From: an uncultured Gemmatimonadales bacterium
GTDB lineage: Bacteria; Gemmatimonadota; Gemmatimonadetes; Gemmatimonadales; GWC2-71-9
Assembly: GCA_963828735.1 (NCBI GenBank)
Contig: CAWHFW010000002.1
Location: 576,001-640,000, forward strand
Reading direction: 5' to 3'
Length of the DNA: 64,000 nucleotides
The notes below the pieces were generated by a model. That model did not search any database and was not told where the DNA came from. It saw only the letters and a list, made by a program, of their open reading frames with translations. The first letter of the stretch is position 1. Every line of letters begins with the position of its first letter. Both the position numbers and the translations under genes were made by a program. Below are positions 37,874-57,538 of the stretch, piece by piece.

Positions 37874-38857
37874 ATGCGCCTGTCGCGCCCGTCCCTCCCT
37901 TTCATCATGGCGGCTCTCGTGACGGCCGCATCCGCGGGGTGCTCCGGCGGCCTTGCGGCAACGGCTCCGGATACGTTCGACGCGAGTCACCGGCAGAGAA
38001 CGCAGCTCGAGCTGGGCACGGTGCACGCGACACCGGATCACTTCAACATCAGCTTCACTGCACCTCTTCACGCGCTGCCAGCTCTGGAATACAGCACCGA
38101 GCCACCTATCAGGGCGCCAGGGAGCGGCCATTGGACTTTCATGGCTCCGCTGTCGTCGCAGGTGATCGAGGGCTCCAATGCGGGCAACCCGCTCCTGGGC
38201 ACCTATCTCGCGACGCCAGCCGCACGTCTGGAACCGGCGACTCGCTACTACTTCGTCATCACGGTGCCGGGGGATGCAGCGGGTGGGTCGATGCAGCAAT
38301 ACACGGGTGCATTCAGTACCATGGCGCGACCTTCGGGTTCGGATCTGGTCGCCCAGCTCAAACCTGGCCTGAAACCTGAGCCGCGCCCCAGCATCCTCCC
38401 TCGTTGGGTGCTCCTCGTCTGGATTGCCTTCGTTCCATTGATATTCCTGATACATCGACGGACGGCTCGGCGCCGCCTTGCTGACGTCTATCCCGAAGCC
38501 CCGCGGCGCAATCCGGGTCGACGCATCTACGCCAGCCCCCTGGTCGTCGGCAAACTCTTCTACCGGAACACGACCTGGCTTCAGCCCGACGACACCTACC
38601 TCCATGTTCTGGGGATCGGACCCAGTAGCCTGTGGATGCCGACCATCAGCATTCCGTGGTCTGACATCTCCGCCATCTCGGACATCTATTCGGTGGTTGT
38701 GTGGGATGCGCGCGTGGTTCGACTCACCCTGGCGCGCGACCCCAGCATGCGCTTCCTGATGTGGCCGGATGCATTCGAGCGCTTGAACAAGGAGACAGGT
38801 GGCCGCTTGAGCCTGCGCGATGCCAAGGCTCCGGTGGTTGCGGGCCCGGGCCGTTGA
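37874..38857 (+). CDS. Hypothetical lipoprotein/membrane protein
   Basis: Lipobox SAGC, beta-rich domain, internal TM helix and a C-terminal ISIPWSDI-type domain. More A/T-ending codons than its neighbours. Confidence 0.55.
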   Translation: MRLSRPSLPFIMAALVTAASAGCSGGLAATAPDTFDASHRQRTQLELGTVHATPDHFNISFTAPLHALPALEYSTEPPIRAPGSGHWTFMAPLSSQVIEGSNAGNPLLGTYLATPAARLEPATRYYFVITVPGDAAGGSMQQYTGAFSTMARPSGSDLVAQLKPGLKPEPRPSILPRWVLLVWIAFVPLIFLIHRRTARRRLADVYPEAPRRNPGRRIYASPLVVGKLFYRNTTWLQPDDTYLHVLGIGPSSLWMPTISIPWSDISAISDIYSVVVWDARVVRLTLARDPSMRFLMWPDAFERLNKETGGRLSLRDAKAPVVAGPGR

Positions 38858-39030
38858 GGAGCGTGGCGACCGCCCCGCTTCACCGTAGTTTGGCCACCAA
38901 CGCTTCGTCGCCTACGGCCTTCACCGCCTCCTGTTTGCACTATGGGAGGAGCCTGACCTTGCGACGGCTCCGCGTCCAATCCTTGCCGGGGATCAAATTG
39001 AACGTGGGACAGCAGGGCGTGGCGAGAACA

Positions 39031-39067
39031 ACGAAGCGCCCGGGACTCGAGGTCCCGGGCGCTTCGT
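39031..39067 (-). terminator. Intrinsic terminator of rpoC
   Basis: Perfect 16-bp stem ACGAAGCGCCCGGGAC/GTCCCGGGCGCTTCGT followed by TGTTCT on the minus strand. Confidence 0.85.
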
Positions 39068-39085
39068 CCTACCCTGTTCGTTTAT

Positions 39086-43654
<4,569 letters not shown>

Positions 43655-43664
43655 GTGTCCCCTC

Positions 43665-48132
<4,468 letters not shown>

Positions 48133-48339
48133 CAGTGGCTCACTCCCACGCAACACAAATGGCCCCAACGCGGATCCCCCGCCGGAAGACGGGGTGACCT
48201 ATGGGGCTCGGCAGATTCGGGAACTTCCGAGAGCTTCGAGCGTGCATTCGGTCTCACTGAAATAGGGTTGAAGTCGCCGCGTCGTCGCCGGGGGCCGGGC
48301 CGGAACCGGCCCGCCCACCGTCGGGACCGCGCTTCCGCC

Positions 48340-48726
48340 CTACTTCAGCTCGACTTCCGCGCCCTGCTCCTCCAGCTTCTTCTTGATCTCCTCGGCCTCC
48401 GCCTTCGAGATCCCTTCCTTCAGAACGCTCGGGGCATTGTCCACGGCGTCCTTGGCTTCCTTCAGGCCCAGGCTGGTGATCTCGCGGACCACCTTGATGA
48501 CCTGGATCTTCTTGGCGCCACCGGCCTTGAGCACGACGGCGAACTCCGTCTTCTCCTCGGCCGCGGGCGCCGCCGCGCCGCCGGCGGCGCCGCCGCCCAC
48601 CGGGGCCGCCGCGACGGTGACGTTGAACTTGCTCTTGAAGGCTTCGATGAGGTCCGCGAGTTCGATCACGGTCTTGTGGCCGATCGCTTCGAGGATCTCT
48701 TCGTTGCTCAGCGTGGTCGATGCCAT
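48340..48726 (-). CDS. rplL: 50S ribosomal protein L7/L12
   Basis: [10 protein letters not shown]...[20 protein letters not shown]. Confidence 0.98.
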   Translation of the reverse strand: MASTTLSNEEILEAIGHKTVIELADLIEAFKSKFNVTVAAAPVGGGAAGGAAAPAAEEKTEFAVVLKAGGAKKIQVIKVVREITSLGLKEAKDAVDNAPSVLKEGISKAEAEEIKKKLEEQGAEVELK

Positions 48727-48745
48727 TGTCACTATCTCCGTACGG

Positions 48746-49234
48746 TTAAGAAACAGTACCGCGCTGTTCGCGGAGGGCCTCGAGAGCGCCCACAAAGGAA
48801 TAGAGAAGACCGTTGAACGAGCCGGCGATCTGCGCCAGCAGGACTTCGCGCGACGGGATCTGGCCGAGGCGCTTGACGTGGGCGGGCGAAACGGCCTTGC
48901 CGTCGACCATCCCAGCCTTCACGGCCGGCCGCTCGAACTCCTTGGCGAAGTCGCCGATGACCTTGGCCGCGGCGAGCGCATCCTTGGTCAGTACCAGGCC
49001 GGTCGGGCCGGCCAGATGCTCGTCGAGCCCGGTGATGCCGTTGGCGGCGAGCGCCCGCTGCGCGAGCGTGTTCTTCACCACCACGTACGAGACCCCCGCG
49101 GCGCGGAGCCGGCGGCGGAACTCGGTCATGCGCAGCACGTTCATGCCGCTGAAGTCGGTCACATAGACGTGGGGCGAGTCCTTGAGCAGCGCGCCCAGGC
49201 TCTCCACCGTCTCCTGGCGTTCGGTCTTGTTCAT
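48746..49234 (-). CDS. rplJ: 50S ribosomal protein L10
   Basis: MNKTERQ...VVKNTLA...LAGPT...[10 protein letters not shown]. Confidence 0.97.
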   Translation of the reverse strand: MNKTERQETVESLGALLKDSPHVYVTDFSGMNVLRMTEFRRRLRAAGVSYVVVKNTLAQRALAANGITGLDEHLAGPTGLVLTKDALAAAKVIGDFAKEFERPAVKAGMVDGKAVSPAHVKRLGQIPSREVLLAQIAGSFNGLLYSFVGALEALREQRGTVS

Positions 49235-49920
49235 CGGTACCCCGCCGTGTCGAGCCGCACACCCGGCCCCATGGTGCTCGAGATGGTCGCCGAGCGGATG
49301 TAGACGCCCTTGGCCGCCGACGGCTTGGCCCGGAGGATGGTATCCATGAAGGCGCCCACGTTCTCGGCCAGTTGCGACGGCGAGAACGACACCTTGCCGA
49401 CCGGGGCGTGCACGTTCCCGGTCTTGTCCACGCGGAACTCGATCTTGCCCGCCTTGATCTCCCGCACGGCCTTGGCCACGTCCATGGTGACGGTCCCAGC
49501 CTTCGGGTTCGGCATCAGGCCGCGCGGGCCCAGCACCCGGCCCAGCTGGCCGAGCTGGCCCATGACGTCCGGCGTCGCGACGATGACGTCGCACTCGAGC
49601 CAGCCGTCCTTGAGCTTCTGGATGTATTCGATCCCCACGAAATCGGCGCCCGCGGCCTCCGCCTCCCGCACACGCTCGCCCTGGGTAATCACCAACACGC
49701 GAACCGGCTTCCCGGTTCCGTGGGGCAGGACGACCGTTCCACGCACCACCTGATCGGCGTGGCGCGGGTCGACGCCGAGCCGCACGGCGACGTCCACGGT
49801 CTCATCGAACTTCGCGAACGAGGCGCCTTTCACCAGCGCGACCGCGTCGGGGATCTGGTATTGGCGCGCGCGATCCACCTTCGCGATCGCGGCCGTGAAC
49901 TTCTTCCCTTGCGTCGCCAT
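49231..49920 (-). CDS. rplA: 50S ribosomal protein L1
   Basis: [21 protein letters not shown] and [11 protein letters not shown]. Confidence 0.98.
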   Translation of the reverse strand: MATQGKKFTAAIAKVDRARQYQIPDAVALVKGASFAKFDETVDVAVRLGVDPRHADQVVRGTVVLPHGTGKPVRVLVITQGERVREAEAAGADFVGIEYIQKLKDGWLECDVIVATPDVMGQLGQLGRVLGPRGLMPNPKAGTVTMDVAKAVREIKAGKIEFRVDKTGNVHAPVGKVSFSPSQLAENVGAFMDTILRAKPSAAKGVYIRSATISSTMGPGVRLDTAGYR

Positions 49921-50345
49921 CAGTCCACCACCTCCAGTCCCATGGACCGGGCGGTGCCGGCGATCATCTTCATGGCGCTGTCGAGGTCGGAGGCGTTGAG
50001 ATCGGCCATCTTGATCTCCGCGATCTTCTTGACCTGCGCGCGCGTGACCTTCCCGACCTTGGTCCGGTTGGGCTGGCCGCTCCCCTTCTCGATCCCCGCC
50101 TCCTTCAGCAGAAGGTTCGGGGCCGGCGGGGTCTTGGTGATGAAGGTGAACGTGCGATCCGCGAAGATCGTCACGACCACCGGAATCACCATCCCGCTCT
50201 GGCTCTGCGTCCGGGCGTTGAACTGCTTCACGAACTCCATGATGTTCACGCCGTGCGGACCCAGGGCCGTGCCGACCGGAGGTGCGGGCGTCGCCGCGCC
50301 GGCCGGGCACTGCAACTTCACCAATGCCTGGATCTTCTTTGCCAT
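49920..50345 (-). CDS. rplK: 50S ribosomal protein L11
   Basis: [12 protein letters not shown] and IAGTARSMG. Confidence 0.98.
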   Translation of the reverse strand: MAKKIQALVKLQCPAGAATPAPPVGTALGPHGVNIMEFVKQFNARTQSQSGMVIPVVVTIFADRTFTFITKTPPAPNLLLKEAGIEKGSGQPNRTKVGKVTRAQVKKIAEIKMADLNASDLDSAMKMIAGTARSMGLEVVD

Positions 50346-50360
50346 CGGACTCCTCGTTTC

Positions 50361-50386
50361 GGTGGGCGCTCTGGCGCGCCCCTACC
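50361..50386 (-). promoter_or_regulatory. Hairpin just upstream of the rplK RBS, candidate L1 autoregulatory site
   Basis: GGU-AG-GGGCGC-GCCAGA-GCGCCC-ACC bulged stem at the expected position. Confidence 0.35.
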
Positions 50387-50426
50387 TGCCGCGATGACCC
50401 GCGCGGTCGCGGGTACGACTCTCCGC

Positions 50427-50969
50427 CTAGTGGCCGCGCAGCTGGAGGTAGTCCAGCTCCACCGCCGTCGGCCGTCCGAACAGGCTGACCGACACCTTCA
50501 CCTTCCCCTTGTCCGCCAGCACCTCTTCCACCGTGCCGCTGAAATCGGAGAACGGCCCCTCGGTGATCTCGACCACCTGACCGACCATGAAGGGGATCTC
50601 TTCCTTCGGCTCCGCCTCGGTCACCGCCTCGGCGATGCCGAGCAGGCGGTTGACCTCATCCTGGCGGAGCGGCTGCGGCAGCTTGCCGGTGCCGACGAAC
50701 TTGATCACGCCCTGAATGCTGTTCACGACGTGGAGCGCCTCCTGGCTCATCCCCATCTCGACCAGCACGTAGCCGGGGTAAAGCTTGCGCTCGACCGTCA
50801 CCTTCTTGCCGTTCTTGATCTCGATCACGTCCTGCACGGGAACGAGGGCCTGGCGGATCAGCTTCTGCTCCGCGGGACGCGGATCGTCCTCGATCCGCTT
50901 CTGGAGCAGGTTCCGCACCTTGTTCTCGTGCCCGGCGGTCGTCTGAATCGCGTACCAGCGGTATTCCAT
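50427..50969 (-). CDS. nusG: Transcription elongation factor NusG
   Basis: WYAIQT..GHENKV, YPGYVLV and [11 protein letters not shown] motifs. Confidence 0.98.
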   Translation of the reverse strand: MEYRWYAIQTTAGHENKVRNLLQKRIEDDPRPAEQKLIRQALVPVQDVIEIKNGKKVTVERKLYPGYVLVEMGMSQEALHVVNSIQGVIKFVGTGKLPQPLRQDEVNRLLGIAEAVTEAEPKEEIPFMVGQVVEITEGPFSDFSGTVEEVLADKGKVKVSVSLFGRPTAVELDYLQLRGH

Positions 50970-50972
50970 AGG

Positions 50973-51215
50973 CTACCGCGCGAGGTGCGCGACTCCGTTG
51001 ACGAGGAGAGCCTGCAGCACGAAGTCCATGAGGCCGATCGTGATGCCGAGCACGATGCTCAGGATCACGATCATGCGCGTGGCCTTGACCAGTTCGTCGC
51101 GGGTGGGCCACGTGACCTTCTTCATCTCGTCACGGACGCCTACCAGGAACGTGCGGGTCTGACTCACCCAGCCGGTGAGTCGTCCCGCCGGCTGCGCCAC
51201 CTGCGTGCGCTCCAT
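50973..51215 (-). CDS. secE: Preprotein translocase SecE
   Basis: [12 protein letters not shown] followed by a TM helix. Confidence 0.96.
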   Translation of the reverse strand: MERTQVAQPAGRLTGWVSQTRTFLVGVRDEMKKVTWPTRDELVKATRMIVILSIVLGITIGLMDFVLQALLVNGVAHLAR

Positions 51216-51217
51216 GG

Positions 51218-51370
51218 CTACTTCGACTCTTTGTGCACGCGGTGCGTGTCGCAGCGGGGGCAGTACTTGCGCCGCTCCACCCGCTCCGGGTGCTTCCGCT
51301 TGTTCTTGTCCGCAAAGAAGTTGCGGCTCTTACACTCGGTGCATTCGAGCGTGATCTTGTCTCTCGGCAT
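51218..51370 (-). CDS. rpmG: 50S ribosomal protein L33, Zn-binding form (not in the ORF track)
   Basis: [50 protein letters not shown]. Confidence 0.95.
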   Translation of the reverse strand: MPRDKITLECTECKSRNFFADKNKRKHPERVERRKYCPRCDTHRVHKESK

Positions 51371-51392
51371 TTCAGTCCTCGGTCGGTCCGGC

Positions 51393-52595
<1,203 letters not shown>

Positions 52596-52718
52596 TGTGC
52601 TCGGTCCCGGTGTTCGGTTGAGTGCGTTCCTGAGCCCGGGTCGTGCGCGAGATCCAGCGAGATCTCGACCTCACCACCCTCGGTTCACTGCTGTCCCCAC
52701 ATCCGGCGTTGTCGTCGA

Positions 52719-52791
<73 letters not shown>

Positions 52792-52807
52792 GACCCTCTT
52801 GTCTCAG

Positions 52808-52880
52808 AGCGGGCGACGGGGCTCGAACCCGCGACCCTCAGCTTGGAAGGCTGATGCTCTACCAACTGAGCTACACCCGC
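52808..52880 (-). tRNA. tRNA-Gly(TCC)
   Basis: Cloverleaf with anticodon loop CTTCCAA. Confidence 0.97.
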
Positions 52881-52985
52881 ATGCCAGAGGCCGGTCGATG
52901 ATCCGAAACACGAGCTGACCTGCCGCCGGTTGACCAGCCTCCCGACCTACCTCTCACGACGTCCTGCTCACGACCCACGACTGCA

Positions 52986-53069
52986 TGGTGGGGGTAGGAT
53001 TCGAACCTACGTAGGGCAGAGCCCGGCAGATTTACAGTCTGCTACCATTAGCCACTCGGTCACCCCACC
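52986..53069 (-). tRNA. tRNA-Tyr(GTA)
   Basis: Anticodon loop CTGTAAA and a long variable arm. Confidence 0.97.
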
Positions 53070-53162
53070 GACGCTCCCACGCCTGCGAGTCACCCTCATG
53101 TGAGACAGAACCCCGCCGGCGAAAGAGCGGGGTCCTATTCATCGAGAGTGTCGGCGCCACCG

Positions 53163-53235
53163 AGCTGACGAGGGGAATCGAACCCCTAACCTCCCGCTTA
53201 CAAGGCGGGTGCTCTGCCAGTTGAGCTACGTCAGC
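53163..53235 (-). tRNA. tRNA-Thr(TGT)
   Basis: Anticodon loop CTTGTAA. First gene of the Thr-Tyr-Gly-Thr-tuf operon. Confidence 0.97.
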
Positions 53236-53264
53236 CTAGAACAGGCCGAACAAGACAGACTCGT

Positions 53265-53293
53265 ATGATAGAGGGCAAGTTGGCCTGAGTCAA
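53265..53293 (-). promoter_or_regulatory. Sigma70 promoter of the tRNA-tuf operon
   Basis: TTGACT-N17-TATCAT. Confidence 0.85.
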
Positions 53294-53524
53294 TGGGGTG
53301 GGACCCGCCGAGCCCACCCGCGGCGTACCCCGCCGGGACCCCGGTTGCCCTCGCCCACGCCGGCCCCGGCCGGACGCGTTTGCCCTCGTATCCGTTTCGG
53401 CTAAGTTCTTCACCCTTCACCCTCCCAAACACGGCTCCCGGACCCCGGACGACACCCTGACACACTGCCGCCTGCGCCGAGACGACCACGGGCAACCGGC
53501 CCGACTGCACCGGGGACTCGCTCC

Positions 53525-54499
53525 ATGAGCGGGACCGTCCTCCTCGGCCTGCTTGGCTGCGGCCGGGCGGCGGAGCGGTTCTATTCGCCTGCCATCGGCC
53601 ACCTGACGAACGCCCGCCTCACGGCCGCATACGATCCCCAAGCCGACCGCCGCCAGTTCATCGCCCGGTCTGCCCCCGGCTGTCGCCCGTTCGATTCGGT
53701 CGAGGCGCTCATCGAGGCTCGCGTCGTGGATGCCGTGGTGATCGCGGCGCCTGCGGACGCGCACGGCACCCTCGCGGTGCGGGCCTTGGGCGCGGGGTTG
53801 CCCGTGCTGCTCGACCCACCGCTCGCCTCGTCGCCGGAGGAGGCCGAGTGGATCCGTGAGGCCGAGGGGATCGTCCATTTGCCGGTTATGGTGGCCTTCA
53901 ATCGCCGATGGTGGGCGCCGGCCGAGCGCGTCCGGCGCGCCCTCGGGAGAGCGGCCGAATTTGAGGTCACGATCGAGAGCGTCCTCGTGAGCGACCCGCG
54001 GGATGCAGACCCGTGCCAGGCCCTCACCCCGCATCTCGATCTCGCGCGCCATCTGCTGGAGCGGGAGATCGCGACCGTGAGCGCGCGGCGCGAGACGCCG
54101 GAGGAGGTCGAGGCTCGTGTGACCTTCCAGGGGGGAGGCGTCGCGGTCTGCCGGGCCGGGCTGGGCGAACGGCCGGCGGAGCGGATCACGATTCACGCGG
54201 GGCGTCGAAGCTTCGAGATCCGGGCGGGGTCGGAGCGGTTCTGGCCCGCAGGCGGCCCGGGCCGGCGAGCGCTGGACCTCGCGGTTTCCGCGCCGCGCCG
54301 GGTGTTGGGGCATCGGGACGGTTTGGCACGGTCCTATGAGGCGATGCTGTCGGCGTTCGTGAAGCGGGTGGAGTCGCGCGCCGGCGTCGGTCCGGGCACA
54401 GGTGACGGCATGGCGGTCATGCTCGCCATCGAGGCGGTGCGTCGGTCGCTGGCGCACGGCGGTGTCCAGACGGAGGTGACGCCGAGCTCCGGTGGCTAG
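53525..54499 (+). CDS. Gfo/Idh/MocA family oxidoreductase, degenerate
   Basis: GLLGCGRAA Rossmann motif, VDAVVIAAP and VAFNRRW. The EKP motif is replaced by DPP. Confidence 0.75.
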   Translation: MSGTVLLGLLGCGRAAERFYSPAIGHLTNARLTAAYDPQADRRQFIARSAPGCRPFDSVEALIEARVVDAVVIAAPADAHGTLAVRALGAGLPVLLDPPLASSPEEAEWIREAEGIVHLPVMVAFNRRWWAPAERVRRALGRAAEFEVTIESVLVSDPRDADPCQALTPHLDLARHLLEREIATVSARRETPEEVEARVTFQGGGVAVCRAGLGERPAERITIHAGRRSFEIRAGSERFWPAGGPGRRALDLAVSAPRRVLGHRDGLARSYEAMLSAFVKRVESRAGVGPGTGDGMAVMLAIEAVRRSLAHGGVQTEVTPSSGG

Positions 54500-54501
54500 G
54501 C

Positions 54502-56010
54502 TCAGGTCCCGGTCCGAACCACCTCGATCGAGCCATCCCGGTTGTCCCGCACCTCCCATCCCGCCGCCTTGAGCAGTCCTCGGATCCGATCCGCCTCCGG
54601 AAAGTTCTTGCCCGTCTTGGCTTCCTTCCGCCGAACTGCCCACCGGATGGCCCACGACCGTTGCGTTTCCTCGCCCCGCTCTGCCGGAGGGCTCTCGCGG
54701 AGCTCCCCGTCTCCGGCTCCCGCGTCGACCGCCGATCCGACCTTGACCGACTGCACGCCCGACGTGACGGCGAGCACGCCCTCCGCCCGACGCCATGCGG
54801 CAAGCCCGCGGGGACCCGCCGATTCGCCCGAGTCTAGCGCGGCGTTGCCGGCCTTCGCGAAGTCGAAGACCGCGGCGACCGCGCGCGGGGCGTTCAGGTC
54901 GTCGTCCAGCGCCTCGGTCAGCTCGCGCTCGAGCCGCGTGGCGGCCTCGCCCAGGAGCGGGCCATCGGTAGACCCGGTCGCGGCGAAGAGCCGATTCTGG
55001 AACTCACCCAGTCGGCGCGAGCCCTCGCGCGCGCTCGCGAGCGCCTCGTCGGTCAGGTCGAGCTGCTTCCGGTAGTGCACCTGGAACATCAGCAGCCGGA
55101 CCGCGCCGGGATCCACCCCGTCCTCCCGGAGATCGCGCGCCGTCGTGATGTTGCCGAACCGCTTGGACATCTTGGTCCCGCGAATGTTGAGGAACTCGCC
55201 GTGGAGCCACACCCGGGCAAACGCGTCGCGCCCGGTGAATGCGCAGCTCTGGGCGATCTCATCCTCGTGATGCGGAAAGATCAGGTCCACGCCCCCGGCG
55301 TGGATGTCGAGCACGTCCGTACCGAGGCGCCGGCGAATCAGCTCGAGCGCCATCGCCGAGCACTCGATGTGCCAGCCCGGCCGCCCGCGGCCGAACGGCG
55401 CATCCCAGGCGGCCCCGACCGCCTCGTCTTCCGGCTTCGCCGCCTTCCACAGCACGAAGTCGCGCGCGTCCTCCTTGCTGTACTCGTCGGCGCTCACGCG
55501 CTCGCTGGCGCCCGCGCGGAGCTCGCGCCGGTCGAGCTGCGACAGTCGGCCATAGGCGGGAAACCGCGCGATCGCGAAGTACACCGAGCCGTCCTCGCCG
55601 AGGTATGCCACGCCCCGATCCAGGAGGCCCTGGATGAGCTCGATCATGGGACCGATGTACTCCGTGGCCCGCGGTTGCTCGGTGGCCGGCTTGATCCTGA
55701 GCCAGTCGCGGTCCTCCTCGAACGCGCGCGCGAACGGATCCACGTGCGCGCGAAGGGACACGCCCTTTTCATGGGCGGCGGCGATCGTCCGATCGTCCAC
55801 GTCCGTCAGGTTCATGATGTGGAGCACGTCGTAGCCGCTCGCCTCGAGCCAGCGACGGAGGAGGTCCTCGAAGAGAAACGTTCGGAAGTTGCCGATGTGG
55901 GCGTAGTTGTAGATCGTCGGCCCGCAGGTGTACAACGAGACGCGCCCCGGCTGCAGGGGCACGAAGGGTTCGACGCGGCGGGTGAGCGTGTTGTGGAGAC
56001 GGAGGGTCAT
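54502..56010 (-). CDS. cysS: Cysteinyl-tRNA synthetase
   Basis: CGPT, HIGN, PGWHIECSAM, DLIFPHHE and KMSKR motifs. Confidence 0.98.
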   Translation of the reverse strand: MTLRLHNTLTRRVEPFVPLQPGRVSLYTCGPTIYNYAHIGNFRTFLFEDLLRRWLEASGYDVLHIMNLTDVDDRTIAAAHEKGVSLRAHVDPFARAFEEDRDWLRIKPATEQPRATEYIGPMIELIQGLLDRGVAYLGEDGSVYFAIARFPAYGRLSQLDRRELRAGASERVSADEYSKEDARDFVLWKAAKPEDEAVGAAWDAPFGRGRPGWHIECSAMALELIRRRLGTDVLDIHAGGVDLIFPHHEDEIAQSCAFTGRDAFARVWLHGEFLNIRGTKMSKRFGNITTARDLREDGVDPGAVRLLMFQVHYRKQLDLTDEALASAREGSRRLGEFQNRLFAATGSTDGPLLGEAATRLERELTEALDDDLNAPRAVAAVFDFAKAGNAALDSGESAGPRGLAAWRRAEGVLAVTSGVQSVKVGSAVDAGAGDGELRESPPAERGEETQRSWAIRWAVRRKEAKTGKNFPEADRIRGLLKAAGWEVRDNRDGSIEVVRTGT

Positions 56011-56954
56011 CCGCTCGCGGCCCCGGCGGCGGCCTGGGCGACCGGATCGGTGTCCGGCCCGCCCTGGATGCGCACGTGCACGCGGCGCTGCGGGAACGGA
56101 ATCTCGAGGCTCTCGCGATCGAACCGGTTCTTGATGCGCCGGCGGAACTCACGCGCCACGGCCCACTGGGACCCGGGCTGCGTGCGGATCATGGTGCGAA
56201 GGACGACGGCGCTCTCGCCGAGCGATTCGACGCCCAGCACCTCCACCGGCCCGTCGAGCTGCCCGCCCCAGGTCTTGTCGGTGGAGAACTGGGCCGCCTC
56301 GTCGCGCAGCACGTCGATGGCGCGGTCCACGTTCTCGTCGTACGGGACGCCCACGTCCACCACCGCGCGCGACCACCCGCGCGTCTTGTTGCTCACCACC
56401 TTGATCTCGCCGTTGGGCACCACGTGCATGACACCTTCGCCATCGCGAAGCTGGACCACGCGCAGCGACATCTTCTCGACCACGCCGGTCTTTCCGGCGA
56501 TCTCGATCACGTCCCCGATGGCGAACTGGTTCTCGAACAGGATGAAGAAGCCGCTGATGACGTCCTTCACCAGGCTCTGCGAGCCGAACGACACCGCGAG
56601 GCCGAGGATGCCGGCGCCTGCCAGGATCGGCCCGATGTCGATGAACACGTTGAAGGTGAGCAGGGTGGCGATCGCCACGATGGCTACCCGCCCCAAGCTG
56701 CGGAGCAGCTGGGCGACCGTCTGGCCGCGCCGCTCGCGCAGGGTCGTGACGGAATCGTCCCCGTCGTCCACGGCGATCTCGATGCGGCGTGCCGCCAGCC
56801 GCACCACCCGGTAGGCCAGCCACGCGAGGAGCCAGATGCCGAGTACCCGCAGGCCCGACCGGACCAGCTCTTCGCCATCGATGCGAAGGATGGCGGCGAG
56901 TCGGCGGATGATGTCACCGAAACTGAAGAGCGGAACGAGGTTGAGTGCGAGCAT
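56007..56954 (-). CDS. Small-conductance mechanosensitive channel (MscS family, YbiO-like)
   Basis: AGILGLAVSFGSQSLVKDVISGFFILFENQFAIGD. Confidence 0.92.
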   Translation of the reverse strand: MLALNLVPLFSFGDIIRRLAAILRIDGEELVRSGLRVLGIWLLAWLAYRVVRLAARRIEIAVDDGDDSVTTLRERRGQTVAQLLRSLGRVAIVAIATLLTFNVFIDIGPILAGAGILGLAVSFGSQSLVKDVISGFFILFENQFAIGDVIEIAGKTGVVEKMSLRVVQLRDGEGVMHVVPNGEIKVVSNKTRGWSRAVVDVGVPYDENVDRAIDVLRDEAAQFSTDKTWGGQLDGPVEVLGVESLGESAVVLRTMIRTQPGSQWAVAREFRRRIKNRFDRESLEIPFPQRRVHVRIQGGPDTDPVAQAAAGAASG

Positions 56955-56978
56955 AAGCCTGAATCGTGGGCGAGCCCT

Positions 56979-57008
56979 AACCTACGGACGCGCCCGGGCG
57001 GCCGTCAA
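56979..57008 (-). promoter_or_regulatory. Probable sigma70 promoter for mscS-cysS
   Basis: TTGACG-N18-TAGGTT. Confidence 0.55.
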
Positions 57009-57460
57009 CCTGAGCGGGCGCCGCCATAGTCGATCCAGGTGGCCGCGACCGGCACCCGTGCGGCCGCACACGCGGCGAGCGCCGGCTCGGCGCCGTCCAG
57101 CCCCAAGGGCAACGCGATGCGGCCGTTATCCACGCGGAGCCCGGGATAAAGCGCCCGGAGCTCCCGGACAGCCGGGAGAAACGGGGCGCCAACCACGATC
57201 TGCAGCGTCCGCCAGGCAATCAGTCGCTCGGCGTCGAGGGCGACGGCGCCATGGCTGTCGCGAACAACTACTCGCCCGCAGCGGCGGAGCAGGAAACCCA
57301 GATCCGAGCTGGCCAGGAGGGCGCGTCCGCGCGCGCGCAGGTGAAGAGGCCACCGGCCCATGCGCACCCAGGCGCCCAGAGGTTCCCCGGGGTGGGCAAA
57401 GGCCAGCGCGCGGCGGAGCAGGAAGGAGGAGGGGAGGCGGGAAGGGGCGCCGGGGAGCAT
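57005..57460 (-). CDS. Hypothetical protein
   Basis: Fills the gap co-directionally. No recognisable motif. Confidence 0.35.
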   Translation of the reverse strand: MLPGAPSRLPSSFLLRRALAFAHPGEPLGAWVRMGRWPLHLRARGRALLASSDLGFLLRRCGRVVVRDSHGAVALDAERLIAWRTLQIVVGAPFLPAVRELRALYPGLRVDNGRIALPLGLDGAEPALAACAAARVPVAATWIDYGGARSG

Positions 57461-57538
57461 GGCCGATGATCGCGGTGCCAGGCGACAGGACCACCACCGT
57501 TTCCCCTTCGCGCGTACCGAAACGCCGCCAGGCGCGGG

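Noticed and set aside
1..39030. Island as a prophage, ICE or integron
   Set aside because: No integrase, transposase, phage genes, attC sites or flanking direct repeats were seen.
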